Notes: generated by a model not told the origin, from the sequence alone. A DNA stretch of 64,000 bases from an uncultured Spirochaetota bacterium (GCA_963783575.1 CAWAOD010000015.1:174236-238235); one strand, 5' to 3'; counted from the first letter of the stretch, positions 11,332 to 22,740 are shown. Program-made: numbers and translations.

Positions 11332-11628
11332 AATAGGCTCCGTGTTTTATCCTTTATAAACATTATGAATAATTATACTGAACTTTATATAATACCTCAA
11401 TAAAAGGGAAATACGATAAATTCCATGAAACTCGAAAATATTCTATTTTCGATACTATATTTAATATATAAACAATACTATTAGTGGAGAATTATCATAC
11501 CAGACCGTTTAAGAGTACCTTAGAGGTCATGAGCGGAAAAAATTATTACCCCTCGAAAACCAATACATCCACCAGGAATGAACGAGAATCCGGGGGACGT
11601 TAAATCCTACCATTTTAACAAATAAAAC

Positions 11629-13458
11629 TTATTTTTTCTGTTTTGAAACAGTGAACTTCGGAAGTGATTTGAGCATCGGCAGAATATAATTCTTGGTAAC
11701 CGGCTTGAACCAGAATTTTGATGCTCCAGCTCCGCTGCCACTGACCGTCCATTGCATTATTGGCATTGCCCCGGTTCCATTCGTGAGGCATATGAATAAA
11801 CCCACATTGCTGATCCCGGAATTTATCGTCACTGCACCCGAGTAAAGTACTCCATCGTTTGTCAGGCTTATCCAGTTGCCATCTTCGATTATCCAGGCGC
11901 CGCTTTCAGTTGAAAGGTCAATAACAAAGTCGTAAGTCTTGCCTGGTATCAACTCTCCATCGGAAGGATATTGCAAAAGCCGGATAGTGTAACCTGGGGG
12001 ATAATATGCCATAGGCACTTGAGCCTGAATTAACCAGGTGATCATGTCAAGTTTATTCCCTCCCATCTCAGCGAATTCGCTGGCATACCAGCTGTAACCA
12101 TCAGGCAGCGGAAGGTGCTGTGACATTTCAAGGATCTCATCGGCGGTATAACCGGCTGATAATAATTCACCAACGTCGCCGTTAAATACCGGTGCATTTA
12201 AATAATCGTTAAGAGTCATACCGTTATAAAATAACAGCATATTTGTGTCAGCAGGATAATGGTTAAATGCGAAAAGTCTAGGGTCCAAGTCGAACAGAGA
12301 AGGCACGAAATAAGGACAGAAAACATTGCTAGAACTTACTCCTCCCGCTCCCCAGCAGCTATCCAGGAGGTGCCCTGCGCCGTCAATAAGTACGGCATTC
12401 CATACATGGGTGACATTCGGCGACTGCCCGCCATGCCCTCCTATAACCGTGGCCTGCAGACCAAGATCTTCGGCCATTGCCATAAACAGCTCGGAATAAC
12501 CCTCGCAAACTGCCTTCCTGTTGCTGAACACACCCTGAGGATCAACCTCTGTCGCCGCACCGTTATTATATGCCACATCATAGGCTATATTGTAAGCAAT
12601 CCAGTCATAAGCACCTCTTGCGCGGTCCCAGTCGTCCTGTGATACAGACTGGATATAGTTGACTACATCCTGAATGCTGTCCTCGTAAGCCGCGGGAATG
12701 TTGCTTATTGCAATATCAAGGGCGGAAAAATTTCTAGATGTGCCTTCATTAGTTATAGTACCGCTATTACACCAAGATGAGTAAGTGATTATTTCATTTG
12801 AAAAAATACTCCATCCGGCGGCCGATCGGTAGACTGCAGAACAACTGGAAGGAACGAAGAACAGTGTCCCCGGAACATTAGGCCCCCCATACCATCCGTC
12901 ACAATCGTTAAAAGCCTCGGATCCTAGAGCAGGGGGAGTAATCGCCTGTAATGTAACGCTGTTAAGACAACAATACGTAAATGCGAAATTGCCGATACTC
13001 ATAATGCTGGCTGGAATTGTAACAGTCGGAATGCTGCAGGCCCAGAATGCATATCGGCCAATGCTTGTAACACTGGAGGGAATGGTTACACCTGTAATGC
13101 CAGGCAAGCCACAGAATGCATCATAACCGATAGAAGTAACAGGAAGCCCATTATAAGTTGAGGGTATAATAATATTCCCGTTTGTCGCTGTCCCCGCCGT
13201 TACGATGTAACCTCCGTTAGTGAGGGTGAAAGCAAGACCCGGTGTTCCGTTATAGGAATTATTTGTACTTGAACTGGAAAAGCTGCCGGTTGAGTCTGAA
13301 CTGCTGCCGCCTGATGCTGAAGGTGTAACCGCGCAGCCTTGCAAAAAAATTAATAAAATTATTCCTGAAAGAATCACAGAGATGAAAAGGATGTTTAATC
13401 TGAAACTTACAAAACACCCCCACAATAATTTTATTGTTAATATAATACTAAATGACAT
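11629..13458 (-). CDS. lipoprotein with BspA-type LRR (LRR_5) repeats and a transglutaminase-like domain
   Basis: Lipobox FLQGC; repeats of the type VTIPSSVTSIGRYAF; AVCEGYS / HVWNAV / LDSCWG. Exact start uncertain. Confidence 0.85.
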   Translation of the reverse strand: MSFSIILTIKLLWGCFVSFRLNILFISVILSGIILLIFLQGCAVTPSASGGSSSDSTGSFSSSSTNNSYNGTPGLAFTLTNGGYIVTAGTATNGNIIIPSTYNGLPVTSIGYDAFCGLPGITGVTIPSSVTSIGRYAFWACSIPTVTIPASIMSIGNFAFTYCCLNSVTLQAITPPALGSEAFNDCDGWYGGPNVPGTLFFVPSSCSAVYRSAAGWSIFSNEIITYSSWCNSGTITNEGTSRNFSALDIAISNIPAAYEDSIQDVVNYIQSVSQDDWDRARGAYDWIAYNIAYDVAYNNGAATEVDPQGVFSNRKAVCEGYSELFMAMAEDLGLQATVIGGHGGQSPNVTHVWNAVLIDGAGHLLDSCWGAGGVSSSNVFCPYFVPSLFDLDPRLFAFNHYPADTNMLLFYNGMTLNDYLNAPVFNGDVGELLSAGYTADEILEMSQHLPLPDGYSWYASEFAEMGGNKLDMITWLIQAQVPMAYYPPGYTIRLLQYPSDGELIPGKTYDFVIDLSTESGAWIIEDGNWISLTNDGVLYSGAVTINSGISNVGLFICLTNGTGAMPIMQWTVSGSGAGASKFWFKPVTKNYILPMLKSLPKFTVSKQKK

Positions 13459-13485
13459 GATATTTTATAATTTCCACTCTTGGTA

Positions 13486-13514
13486 ATTATATTTAAATTA
13501 AAAATTATTGTCAA
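13486..13514 (-). promoter_or_regulatory. perfect-consensus sigma70 promoter within repeat copy 13462-13544
   Basis: Minus strand reads TTGACA-ataatttttaatttaaa(17)-TATAAT. Confidence 0.7.
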
Positions 13515-13694
13515 AATAAGTCGAATTTTCACTGACAAAGTTTTACTGGATTACAATGCCTGAATAACAGGCAGCTTCACACCGAGAAAGGCGGCTTACA
13601 CCATAAAGATTCCCTGTAATGGAAGCCTGAAAAATTTTCCCGAAAATATTTTCTTAAAGTTCACTATCAGGATTGGGCTTAAAAGACAGACTCC

Positions 13695-15341
13695 TTATTT
13701 ATTCAGTTCCTTTTCATCGGATAATACACAGTTTAAAGCCCTGTCCCATAGGACTATCCTGTATTTGAGAATGTTTACGGGGAATAATCCCAAATTTGCG
13801 GTTATTTCACCGGTAGTTCCGGGATTGGAATTTCTGCAAGCTATAATCTGTCCGTTTATCAATAAATCCGCCCTCACGGGTTTAATTGTTGAGGCAGTAT
13901 CACTTTCAAGCGAATATTTGAAAGAGAATAAATTATCCTTAATTTTGAAAGGTTCTGAAATTATTAAACTGATTTTTCCGTTAAAAGGATTGAAGAGTCC
14001 TTTCATACTGATAGCCCTTGCATCTCCCCAGCCATCCTGGAAAGGATGTTTTCCAATCCGGGCATATGTATTGTATAAAAATTTTTTTGTTCCATAAAGT
14101 TTGTCAGCCTTTCGATCAAAATAAAACCAGGGTTGCTGTTTCCAAGTCCGGAACGATTGCCGGTCTCCAGAAGCCCTATTGAATCGGGATCATATCCTGC
14201 CAGCAAAGCCTCAGCCGTATCGATAGAAACCGGGTCTCTAGATGAAAGAATGGCATGCGTCATAATATAGTCAACAGGCTGCGCATAATCAAGGCTGGTT
14301 ATGCCCCCGGTCGGGTTTGTCGGCCCCCTCCTGTTCCCGGTTAAACAATCCATAAGGATAAAATCATATTCACGGACTTTGTGCTGTGCACAGAGATAAT
14401 CCAGAAGATTCTGTTTTTTATGCATTCCGGTCATATCCCAGTAAAGGCCGCTATGCCCCCAGCGTCCGGTATCACCTTCCGAAGCCTGAAAAGGCCTGAA
14501 ACCGTAATGCAGCTTCAGCGCTCCCGTTATACCGGTAATCCCATGGCTTTTAAAAACAGGCAAGCCGATCAGTATATCGCAGTATTCGTTTGTATCCGAC
14601 CCGGATTTTACGGCCTGTTCCTTTGTACGCATAAATTTCGGCATCCAGACATTAATATAATTATTCTCGTTGTCTTTAACCTGGACAAGATAACGATCCT
14701 TAAAGTATACAGAATCAAGGTTCACTAATTGAGCTTTTGACGGACCGTCCAGATAGCCGTTGCCGTTTTCGTCATAGTCAACATTAACGCCATGATCCTC
14801 TTTCCAGGCGCGACCAATAAAAACTCTGCAGGTTATCTCTTGCCGAAGGGTTTTTATCCATGGAATAGCAGGCATCCGCAACCTTCAAGCCGGCTGTTCC
14901 TTCAAAACCAATTATATCCCTGATTTTTTCAGCCATATACCGGGCAATCCTGGGGTCAGTTATCACACCCCGGCCTTTATCACCGTTTTTTCCGACATAC
15001 GGCCCGACATTGTTCACCTTTATAACTACTTTATCACCCTTTTTTATGATAACCGAAAGGCCGTCCGGGCCGAGAACCTGCGAGACGGCATCATCGATTA
15101 TTTTTTTCAGTTCTTCATCATCCGGTTCCGCCCGCCTGGATACAAAACCCACCCTGGAAAGGGCTGAGGGTTTGTCATACTCCGATTGCACTTTTATTGA
15201 GCCGGCTTCCAGTATGAATGCCGCTTTGTCCGATCTTTGAACTGATTTATTGCCGCAAGCCATCGTAATTATCCAGATAACTGTCATTACCGCCAATAAA
15301 ATTATAAGCCTCCATCTGATTTTAAAAGATGTTTTTATCAT
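13695..15341 (-). CDS. DUF362-domain lipoprotein split into three ORFs by frameshifts (near 14795 and 14080)
   Basis: Lipobox ITMAC; IKKGDKVVIKVN, ITDPRI, LPVFKSHGITGITGALKLHYG and SRDPVSID are DUF362-type motifs. Confidence 0.75.
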
Positions 15342-15359
15342 AATCTTACTCCCTTTTAA

Positions 15360-16396
15360 TTATTTCGGCGAAGCTTCGCCACAGAAGTATTTATACTCCG
15401 ACCATCCGGAATTCGATACCCTGACCGTCTTTTTTGAATTGATGTCATAGCAGTAAAATTGAAAAATACCGCTCCTGTTTGAGAAAAAAACAATACCTTT
15501 CTCATCCTTTGTAAACGCCGGGTAAAGTTCGCAGATCGAACCCGAAGGCTTTGAAATTACAACGGCATTGGATACTACCAAAGTCTTGATATCTATTTCT
15601 GCAGTAACAAGCGGATGCCCCGTATAGGAAAAATTTCCCATGACGTATCATATTCATAAGTTATACGGGTTTCACTCGGGGATAAGTTCAGACGGGAAGG
15701 AAGCGCGTCAAGCAGGTAATAAAAATTCATCGGTTCATATTTTCCTATTTGACCGGGGCTTGCTGTTAAAAGATACATAAATGGTGGATGATAAAAACCT
15801 TTACTGTCCGGTCCGCTATTCTCAGTCCCTCCCCTTCCGCTTGTTGTTATTATTCTTCCGTCCCTGGTGCAGGTGCATCCGAACTCGCTGTATTCCGGGT
15901 CGCTTATCAAAAGTTCATCGCCAGGTTTGGAGTTAGGCGTTGTACGATAGATATGACAGCGCTGCAATTTGTTATCATAGCGGTTGATAATAATATAATT
16001 GGATTCCTCCCTCGACCAGGTAGGGTTATAATCGGTAAATTTGCCGCTTGTCAGCTGGCAGAAGTCCGTCCCATCGGGCCGGACAATACAGATGGCGGTT
16101 TTCCAGCGGCTTATATCAGGCCCGTTGTTTCCCGTTATCCTGAAAAAAACAATCCACTTCCCGTCCGCCGACCATGATGGTTTGTAATCGGGATGCCCAC
16201 TTGTAATGGGCTTTCCTTCAGGCTTTCCAAGGACATTTACGTAAATTTCGTCATTCATTGAATAAGTCCCGGTTAAATCCGGCAAACCGGGGTTTGACAC
16301 AGCGTTATCAGGGACAATTGCGGCATTTCTGCCGGCGCATCCTGTAAGCAGGATAGTTCCTAAAATAACTATCAATCTTAAATAAAATAATTTCAT
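15360..16396 (-). CDS. TolB-like PD40/WD40 beta-propeller lipoprotein, frameshifted near 15638
   Basis: Likely start MKLFY (GGAGG RBS); lipobox LLTGC; PSWSADGKWIVF and NPTWS repeats; collinear with 16416..17441; one missing G restores SWGNFSY. Confidence 0.8.
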
Positions 16397-16415
16397 AAAT
16401 CCTCCTCTTTCCTGT

Positions 16416-17441
16416 TTACTTGGGCGTTGCTTCACCGCAGAAATACCGGTAATCGGCGTATTTATTAAAAGAAATTCTTGCCGTCTTTTTTGTTTTAAAT
16501 TCAAAACAATAGAACTGATGCCTTCCTTCCCGGTTTGAGAAATAAACGATTGCATTTTCATCGCAGGTAAATGCGGGGTAGAGTTCCTCAACATCTGCTC
16601 TGGAACGAGAGAAAACCAGTGCATTTGATATTATAAGTTTTTTTATATCAATTTCCGCGGTTACAAGAGGATGCCCCTCGTATGAGAAATTTCCCCAGGA
16701 TTGATCGTATTCATAGGCTATCCGTGTTTCTCCCGGTGATAAAGTCAAACGTGAAGGTAACGCATCCAGTTTGTATTGAAAGTTCAACCGCTCGTATTTC
16801 CCAATTTTTCCAGGTTCAGTGGTCAGAATATATATGAAGGGCGGGTGATAATACCCGTCATTATCCGGGCTGAAAGAAAACATATAGCTGTAATTGTTCC
16901 CGCCTCCTCTTCCGCTGGATACAATCATACGCCCGTCTTTCAGGCAGGAAAAACCAAATTCACTGTATTCCGGGTCGCTTAGAAGAACCTCATCCCCCGG
17001 GTGGGAATCTATTGCTGTCCTGTATATAAAATTTCTGTTCTTTTCGGGATCAAAACGGTTTATAATGATGAAGTTTGATCCTTCCCGCGACCATGTCGGA
17101 TTGAAATCGGCAAACTTACCGCTTGTTAAGGTACGTAAATCGGAACCGTCAGGCTTTATTACACAAATGGCTGTTTTCCATTTCTTTATTTCCATACCGT
17201 TGTTAGCTGCAATACGGAAAAATACAATCCATTTTCCGTCCTGCGACCATGACGGTTTATGATCGGGGAAACCGCTCGTTACCGGTTTTCCTTCCGGATT
17301 ACCGAGGCTGTTGACATAAATTTCATAATTAACGGTATATGCCCCCCGTAAATTTACATTATTAGCGGCGGTTGAATTTTCATCAGCGAAAATCATGCGG
17401 AAAATAATTAATGAAAATATAAAGAAAAGTATAGGCTTCAT
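16416..17441 (-). CDS. TolB-like PD40 beta-propeller exported protein (paralog of 15360..16396)
   Basis: Signal peptide; PSWSQDGKWIVF, NPTWS and YPAFTCDENAIVYFSNR repeats. Confidence 0.85.
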   Translation of the reverse strand: MKPILFFIFSLIIFRMIFADENSTAANNVNLRGAYTVNYEIYVNSLGNPEGKPVTSGFPDHKPSWSQDGKWIVFFRIAANNGMEIKKWKTAICVIKPDGSDLRTLTSGKFADFNPTWSREGSNFIIINRFDPEKNRNFIYRTAIDSHPGDEVLLSDPEYSEFGFSCLKDGRMIVSSGRGGGNNYSYMFSFSPDNDGYYHPPFIYILTTEPGKIGKYERLNFQYKLDALPSRLTLSPGETRIAYEYDQSWGNFSYEGHPLVTAEIDIKKLIISNALVFSRSRADVEELYPAFTCDENAIVYFSNREGRHQFYCFEFKTKKTARISFNKYADYRYFCGEATPK

Positions 17442-17605
17442 AATTTCCTCCCAAATTTTTTAATAATTAATATTATAATTCAAGAATATAGTTATTCAAT
17501 AGGAATTTTGGACTAGTATCTGTTAATTTTTGAATAGGAAATATGGCTCATTAATTTAAATACTTTTAATTTATTTTGATTAATTCAAATTCCTCATTAT
17601 AATAA

Positions 17606-18586
17606 ATGAAATTTAAGTTCAGGCTTTGCAGAATGAGATATTTATTATTCATTTTTTATCTTCTTTCCTATACAACTGGATTTGCGGCTTTGACCCTGAC
17701 GATTCTTTTGTTTTTAAAGTTCAGGATTCAGGCGGTGCTTTATTATGTCATCTGGCTTGTCGCGTTCACGGGCATTCTTATTTTCGGTAATGTTGAGTAT
17801 TACCGGATTACCATTCTCTTCCTAGACGATACTTATAACAGCTTCTGGACAATATTAGCACACCACTTACTTTACTGTATAATGTTTTTAACTATTCCGC
17901 TTTTCATATTCAGGTTTCTGAATATTACTTTTACTCTTTTTCATAAAATCGTTTTCGGTGTATTGTTTATCTATTTAATTTTAATCATATTCATCCCCTA
18001 TTATTATACGGGAATAAAGGCAGAGGAGGCAGTGGCCTTTGGTTTTAAAACCCAGGTCTGGTTTACTCATGGCATAATGCTTTATCTATTTATTATTTTT
18101 CTTATTAATTATAAAAATATAAAAATCAAGCAGAAAAAAATTTTTATGTTTACGCTTATGGCTTTGTATATTATTTTTGCACCGGCCTGGATTATGGATT
18201 ACTTCTGGAATTTCAATTTCCAGAATTTTTTAAGGCCCCTTTCATCATACAACCTTTTTTATTTTATCTGGAATCTCTTAACAATTATATTTTTGTCAAA
18301 ATATCTCTTTTTCAGCGAGAAGCAATTTTCCGAAGAAACAGTTTCTGTTGATTTTACAAGCAAGTTTGGGATTACACCAAGGGAAAAGGAGATTATCAAT
18401 ATGATCGCCAGGGGCTATACAAATAAAATGATGGCTTCGGCTTTGGGCATCGCTGTACTTACAGTTAAAAATCATGTCTATAACATTTATCAAAAAACAA
18501 AAGCAAAAAGCAAGATTGATTTGATAAACCGGATAAATCAAAGAAAACAAACTGCCGAATCCAGGATTGTATCGATATTGTCCTGA
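17606..18586 (+). CDS. membrane-anchored LuxR-family transcriptional regulator
   Basis: Multiple hydrophobic helices followed by ITPREKEII...GYTNK...TVKNHVYNIYQK. Confidence 0.9.
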   Translation: MKFKFRLCRMRYLLFIFYLLSYTTGFAALTLTILLFLKFRIQAVLYYVIWLVAFTGILIFGNVEYYRITILFLDDTYNSFWTILAHHLLYCIMFLTIPLFIFRFLNITFTLFHKIVFGVLFIYLILIIFIPYYYTGIKAEEAVAFGFKTQVWFTHGIMLYLFIIFLINYKNIKIKQKKIFMFTLMALYIIFAPAWIMDYFWNFNFQNFLRPLSSYNLFYFIWNLLTIIFLSKYLFFSEKQFSEETVSVDFTSKFGITPREKEIINMIARGYTNKMMASALGIAVLTVKNHVYNIYQKTKAKSKIDLINRINQRKQTAESRIVSILS

Positions 18587-18671
18587 TTTGCTTGTATCAT
18601 GAAAGTCACTAGTTAACGCTTGATTTTTCATTTATTTTATGACATACTATTTTCAATATAAGGGATGGCAT

Positions 18672-20127
18672 ATGAATACTTCTTTAATTGATAAAAAAAT
18701 GGATGAAATTAAGCTGCTTCAAAAATACATGGAAAATAAAATATCAGATTCCGCGATTGCTGATTTTTCCAAGGCACTTAAGAAACTTAAGGGCTGGGAC
18801 ACATTCAGAATCAACCCGGTCGATTTCTCACTAAAGAATAACCTTGAACCTGGCAAGACTATCGATTTATTCATTTATGGCGCAAAAACCGGACTTTTTA
18901 ATTTCGAACTGAGCCTTTTATGCCCTTTATGCGGTGGCCGCGAACATAGCTATAATTCCCTTAACCAGCTTGAAAAAGAATCATACCACTGCTCACTTTG
19001 CGATGTTGACGTTGAAGTCCTGGCCGATTCCCATCTTGAGATTTCTTTTACAATACCGCCGGATATCAGCGGTTTTTCTATCAATCCCTTTGTTTCTCTT
19101 GAAAACTACTGGTCTTATTATTTTTCATCATATCTAGTAATGCCCCCTGAATTGCAGTTAGTGTGGGATGATCAGCCTAAATTGAGGTTTGCTGCAATCC
19201 CGCCCGGAAGGAAAGTTTCTGTAAAAATAGGTCTTCCGCTTGTGAAAAAACACCGTTTTGTTTCTCTGAACACGCATTCGATTTTCAGGGTTAATATGCT
19301 TGGTAAAAAGGACGGACTTGTGCATAAAATCCAATTGAATCATCTGGAAAGCGGTTTTGACAAAAAAGAAGAAACCATTGAAGGCTGTGCAGGAGTGGTC
19401 AATATTACCAATAAATCCGGTAAAATGATAGGCTGTGTTTTCGCATCGCCGGATTCAAATCATATTCAGGAGGTTGTAAAAGAATATCCACCCTATTTCA
19501 AGCCCTTTGTGACCGGAAAAATGATACTTAACAACCAGATTTTCAGGGACCTTTTCCTTACGGATAATCTTCCCGATGACCTGTCACTTAAAATAAACGA
19601 TATCACACTTCTTTTCACCGATTTGAAGGGTTCTACGGAACTTTATGATAAATCGGGGGATGTTTATGCTTATAAGCTCGTCCAGCAGCATTTCAGAATC
19701 CTTCAAAAGGTAGTGCATGAGCATGATGGCGGAATTGTAAAAACTATGGGAGATGCCATAATGGCATCTTTTAATACACCGTATGATGGAATAAGCGCCG
19801 CTTTTTCCATGCTCTAAGGAAATGAATATTTTCAACCGGGCTGTGGGCGTAAAAGAAAATCCGATCGGATTGAAAATCGGCCTTCACCGCGGAAACGTTA
19901 TTGCAGTCAAAGCCAACCAGACGCTTGATTATTTCGGGCAGACCGTGAATATCGCCGCACGTGTCCAGGGACTCGCCGGGTCCGGAGAGATTTGGGCCAC
20001 GGATGATATTATGAAAGATAATAATACAACCGGTTACCTTAAGTCTTTAGGCTGCACAATAGTTCCAAAAGAAGTCGCGCTCAAAGGAGTCAGCAGCCAT
20101 GTTAAAACCTATTTATGTTATATATGA
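18672..20127 (+). CDS. class III adenylate/guanylate cyclase with a DUF5939-like N-terminus; 1-bp insertion near 19815
   Basis: CPLCG/CSLC motifs; LFTDLKGST, KTMGDAIMASF, KIGLHRG, DYFGQTVNIAARVQG. ATG CTC (T) AAG GAA ATG joins the two ORFs. Confidence 0.85.
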
Positions 20128-20212
20128 ACGATGAACCATGCTTGTAATGAGGCTGGCATTTACATCTATGTTAAAGAGATAACATTTTATAAATATTATT
20201 AAGATTAATTGT

Positions 20213-21943
20213 TTGGAGGTTTTCATTATGTTAAAATTCAACAAAAATCGGCTAGAATACATTAAATTTTTTATAGTTTCTCTGCTATTTATTTTTATAA
20301 ATAGTACAATCATTGCAGCTTCGGTTTCTACAGACACAAACCAGGGCAAAGCAGTTTTTATCAACCAGGTGGGATACCTGCCGGATCAACAGAAGTGGAT
20401 TGTTGCATCAAAAGGAGGCGATGAGTTTACGATTGTGAATGAGGACACTAAAGAGGTTGTTTTCAGGGGTAAACTTGAGAGCTTTGATGACCAGACGTCT
20501 GACCGTGATGTTTTAAGGGGAGAATTTACTCCGGTAAAAAAGCCGGGCAAATACCATGCCGAGGTAAAAGGAGCCGGAAGTTCATATGTTTTTTCCATCG
20601 GAAATGATGTTTACGATAATTTATTAAAAGATTCCTTAAGATTTTATTTTATACAGAGATGCGGAATAGCTCTTCAGGATCAGGAAACAGGTATCAGGCA
20701 CCCTGTCTGCCATTCCGAAGACGCATATATTGCCCGGGAAGACGGTTTTCACAAAAAAATGGACAAGGTGAACTCAACCGGTGGATGGCATGATGCCGGT
20801 GATTACGGAAAATACTCCACAACCACAGCCGTTACCGTGGCGCAGCTCCTTACGGTTTTTGAATTATGGCCCGAAAAGTTTTCCGACGGGCAGTTAAATA
20901 TCCCCGAAAGCGGCAATAAAATCCCCGATATTCTCGACGAGGCAAAGTACGGCCTGGACTGGCTTCTGACAATGCAAAGGCCCGACGGAGCAGTTTATCA
21001 CAAAATCGCCGGAAGGTATTTTCCCGGGTTAAGTACTCCCGATTTCGATATGCAGAAGCGTTATATTTATGGAATTTCCAGTTCCGATACCGCAAAATTT
21101 GCAGCGGTTTCAGCCATAGCCTCCCGTGTTTTTGAAAAAATCGATCCTGATTTTTCCGCAAGGACAAAGAAGGCCTCGTTAAAGGCATGGGACTTTTTAA
21201 GCAGTAATAGTAATTTTATCTGGGACCATGACGATTTTGACGATGAGGGGTCCGGCTCTTATTTTGTCGTTTCGGACTTTAGGGACCGTGTTTGGGCGGC
21301 TCTGGAAATATCAGCTATTTCTGGTGATCCGAAAATAAAAGGATGGATTGAAACAAATCTAAACGATTATTACCCGAACGCCATAACCTGGCGTGATGCT
21401 TCTTTACTGGGATTTTTGCACTACTGGAAGTCAGCGGACGCGGATAAAAAATTTAAAGATATGATCGCCGGGAGAATTGCATCTATGGCGGACAATTACA
21501 TGAAATCATCAGAATCCAGCGGTTACCGTTATTCCCTTTCATTCGACAATTTTTCCTGGGGCTCCAATGAAGACGGGTTGTCAAGCGGTATATCAATGAT
21601 ACTTGCCAACTATATTAAGCCGACGGCAGGATATTTAGCCGCAGCCCAGGCTCAGCTCGACTTTATTCTCGGGCAGAATCCTCTTTCAAAGTGCTTTGTT
21701 TCAGGTTTCGGAAGCAATCCGTTAAAGAGCCCTCATAACAGACTTACAGCTTCGACAGGAATTACATTTCCCGGTATTCTGGCCGGCGGCCCGAATAATA
21801 AATCGGAATCCGGAATCGAACCCGCGGGAAAGGGTCCGTTCAGTTATACCGATTCCCAGGGCGCTTTTTCTTGCAATGAACCTGCAATCGATTACAACGC
21901 GGCGCTGGTTTTTGTTGTTGCAGCTTTTGCAACAGCGAAATAA
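20213..21943 (+). CDS. secreted glycoside hydrolase family 9 with an N-terminal Ig-like CelD domain
   Basis: INQVGYLP, GGWHDAGDYGKY, PHNR and NEPAIDYNA motifs. Confidence 0.92.
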   Translation: MEVFIMLKFNKNRLEYIKFFIVSLLFIFINSTIIAASVSTDTNQGKAVFINQVGYLPDQQKWIVASKGGDEFTIVNEDTKEVVFRGKLESFDDQTSDRDVLRGEFTPVKKPGKYHAEVKGAGSSYVFSIGNDVYDNLLKDSLRFYFIQRCGIALQDQETGIRHPVCHSEDAYIAREDGFHKKMDKVNSTGGWHDAGDYGKYSTTTAVTVAQLLTVFELWPEKFSDGQLNIPESGNKIPDILDEAKYGLDWLLTMQRPDGAVYHKIAGRYFPGLSTPDFDMQKRYIYGISSSDTAKFAAVSAIASRVFEKIDPDFSARTKKASLKAWDFLSSNSNFIWDHDDFDDEGSGSYFVVSDFRDRVWAALEISAISGDPKIKGWIETNLNDYYPNAITWRDASLLGFLHYWKSADADKKFKDMIAGRIASMADNYMKSSESSGYRYSLSFDNFSWGSNEDGLSSGISMILANYIKPTAGYLAAAQAQLDFILGQNPLSKCFVSGFGSNPLKSPHNRLTASTGITFPGILAGGPNNKSESGIEPAGKGPFSYTDSQGAFSCNEPAIDYNAALVFVVAAFATAK

Positions 21944-22065
21944 AAAAACCGCATACCCGCGGCAGTAGTACTTTCATACCTTCCTTCTTGAAAAAGCACC
22001 GCCCGAGGGGACGGGTCATTTACGGGAAGAACGCTGCGAAAGAATGTGACTTTTGCGTTCCCTCT

Positions 22066-22291
22066 GCGCAATCGTTGCGCTGCCGAACTAGCGTTCGACT
22101 GTCATTATGACTAAAGGGTGGATTTTATGGCGCGTCCTTGCGCCTAATCTGGCTTCCCTATTTTGTAAAAAACCAATTAACAACGGGGGTAGGACACCCC
22201 TTGATAGCTTTTGTTTTATAATAATTTCAATGCAGTACGTCAGTACTGCAAACGCCACGATGGCATACGGGCACGCCGGCGTCCTGCCGGC
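22066..22291. repeat. cluster of short GC-rich hairpins (REP-like)
   Basis: GCGCAATCGTTGCGC, GGCGCGTCCTTGCGCC, GGGGTAGGACACCCC, TGCAGTACGTCAGTACTGCA, GCCGGCGTCCTGCCGGC. Confidence 0.55.
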
Positions 22292-22576
22292 TCGCAAAAG
22301 TAACATTCTTTCTCCACTTTACTATCCCGTAAATTTTTAGAATAAAACAGCCGGGATATTGTTAAACAATTCTTTTGTTATCAGCAATAGTCCGAAATTA
22401 CCGGTTCTTTCGATTTATTGGCCGGCTGTTCAAAAGGATTCTTTGATAAAAAAATTAGTAATCAATAGATGGAATATTTGTACCCAATGTAGCTTGATTT
22501 TCACATATTAAAATAATTCTTTTATGATTAATAAAAGTCTGAATTTGAGGGTTCTTTCTGTTTTTGACCTGCTATC

Positions 22577-22631
22577 TTGACAATCAATAAATTAAAATGC
22601 TATAATAAAAATATTTATGTCCGTTGACCGG
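22577..22631 (+). promoter_or_regulatory. strong sigma70 promoter, copy 1 (Pc-like position upstream of a cassette)
   Basis: TTGACA-18-TATAAT with extended -10 TG; the first 38 bp are identical to 25581-25618. Confidence 0.75.
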
Positions 22632-22740
22632 AAGTTTTATTTATTTTTTTAATAATATTTGCATTACGGAAGTCTGAAGCCTCAATTATTACAATTATAC
22701 CATAGAATTGAATATTGGAATAATCGATCACCAGTCCGTC

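Noticed and set aside
16397..16624. N-terminal 76 aa of ORF 15593..16624
   Set aside because: It overlaps the upstream paralog in another frame; the RBS and lipoprotein signal indicate a start at 16396.
22088..22340. Short overlapping ORFs (22088..22306 -, 22107..22340 +) and the many ORFs antisense to called genes
   Set aside because: They span hairpin clusters or shadow well-supported genes and show no motifs.
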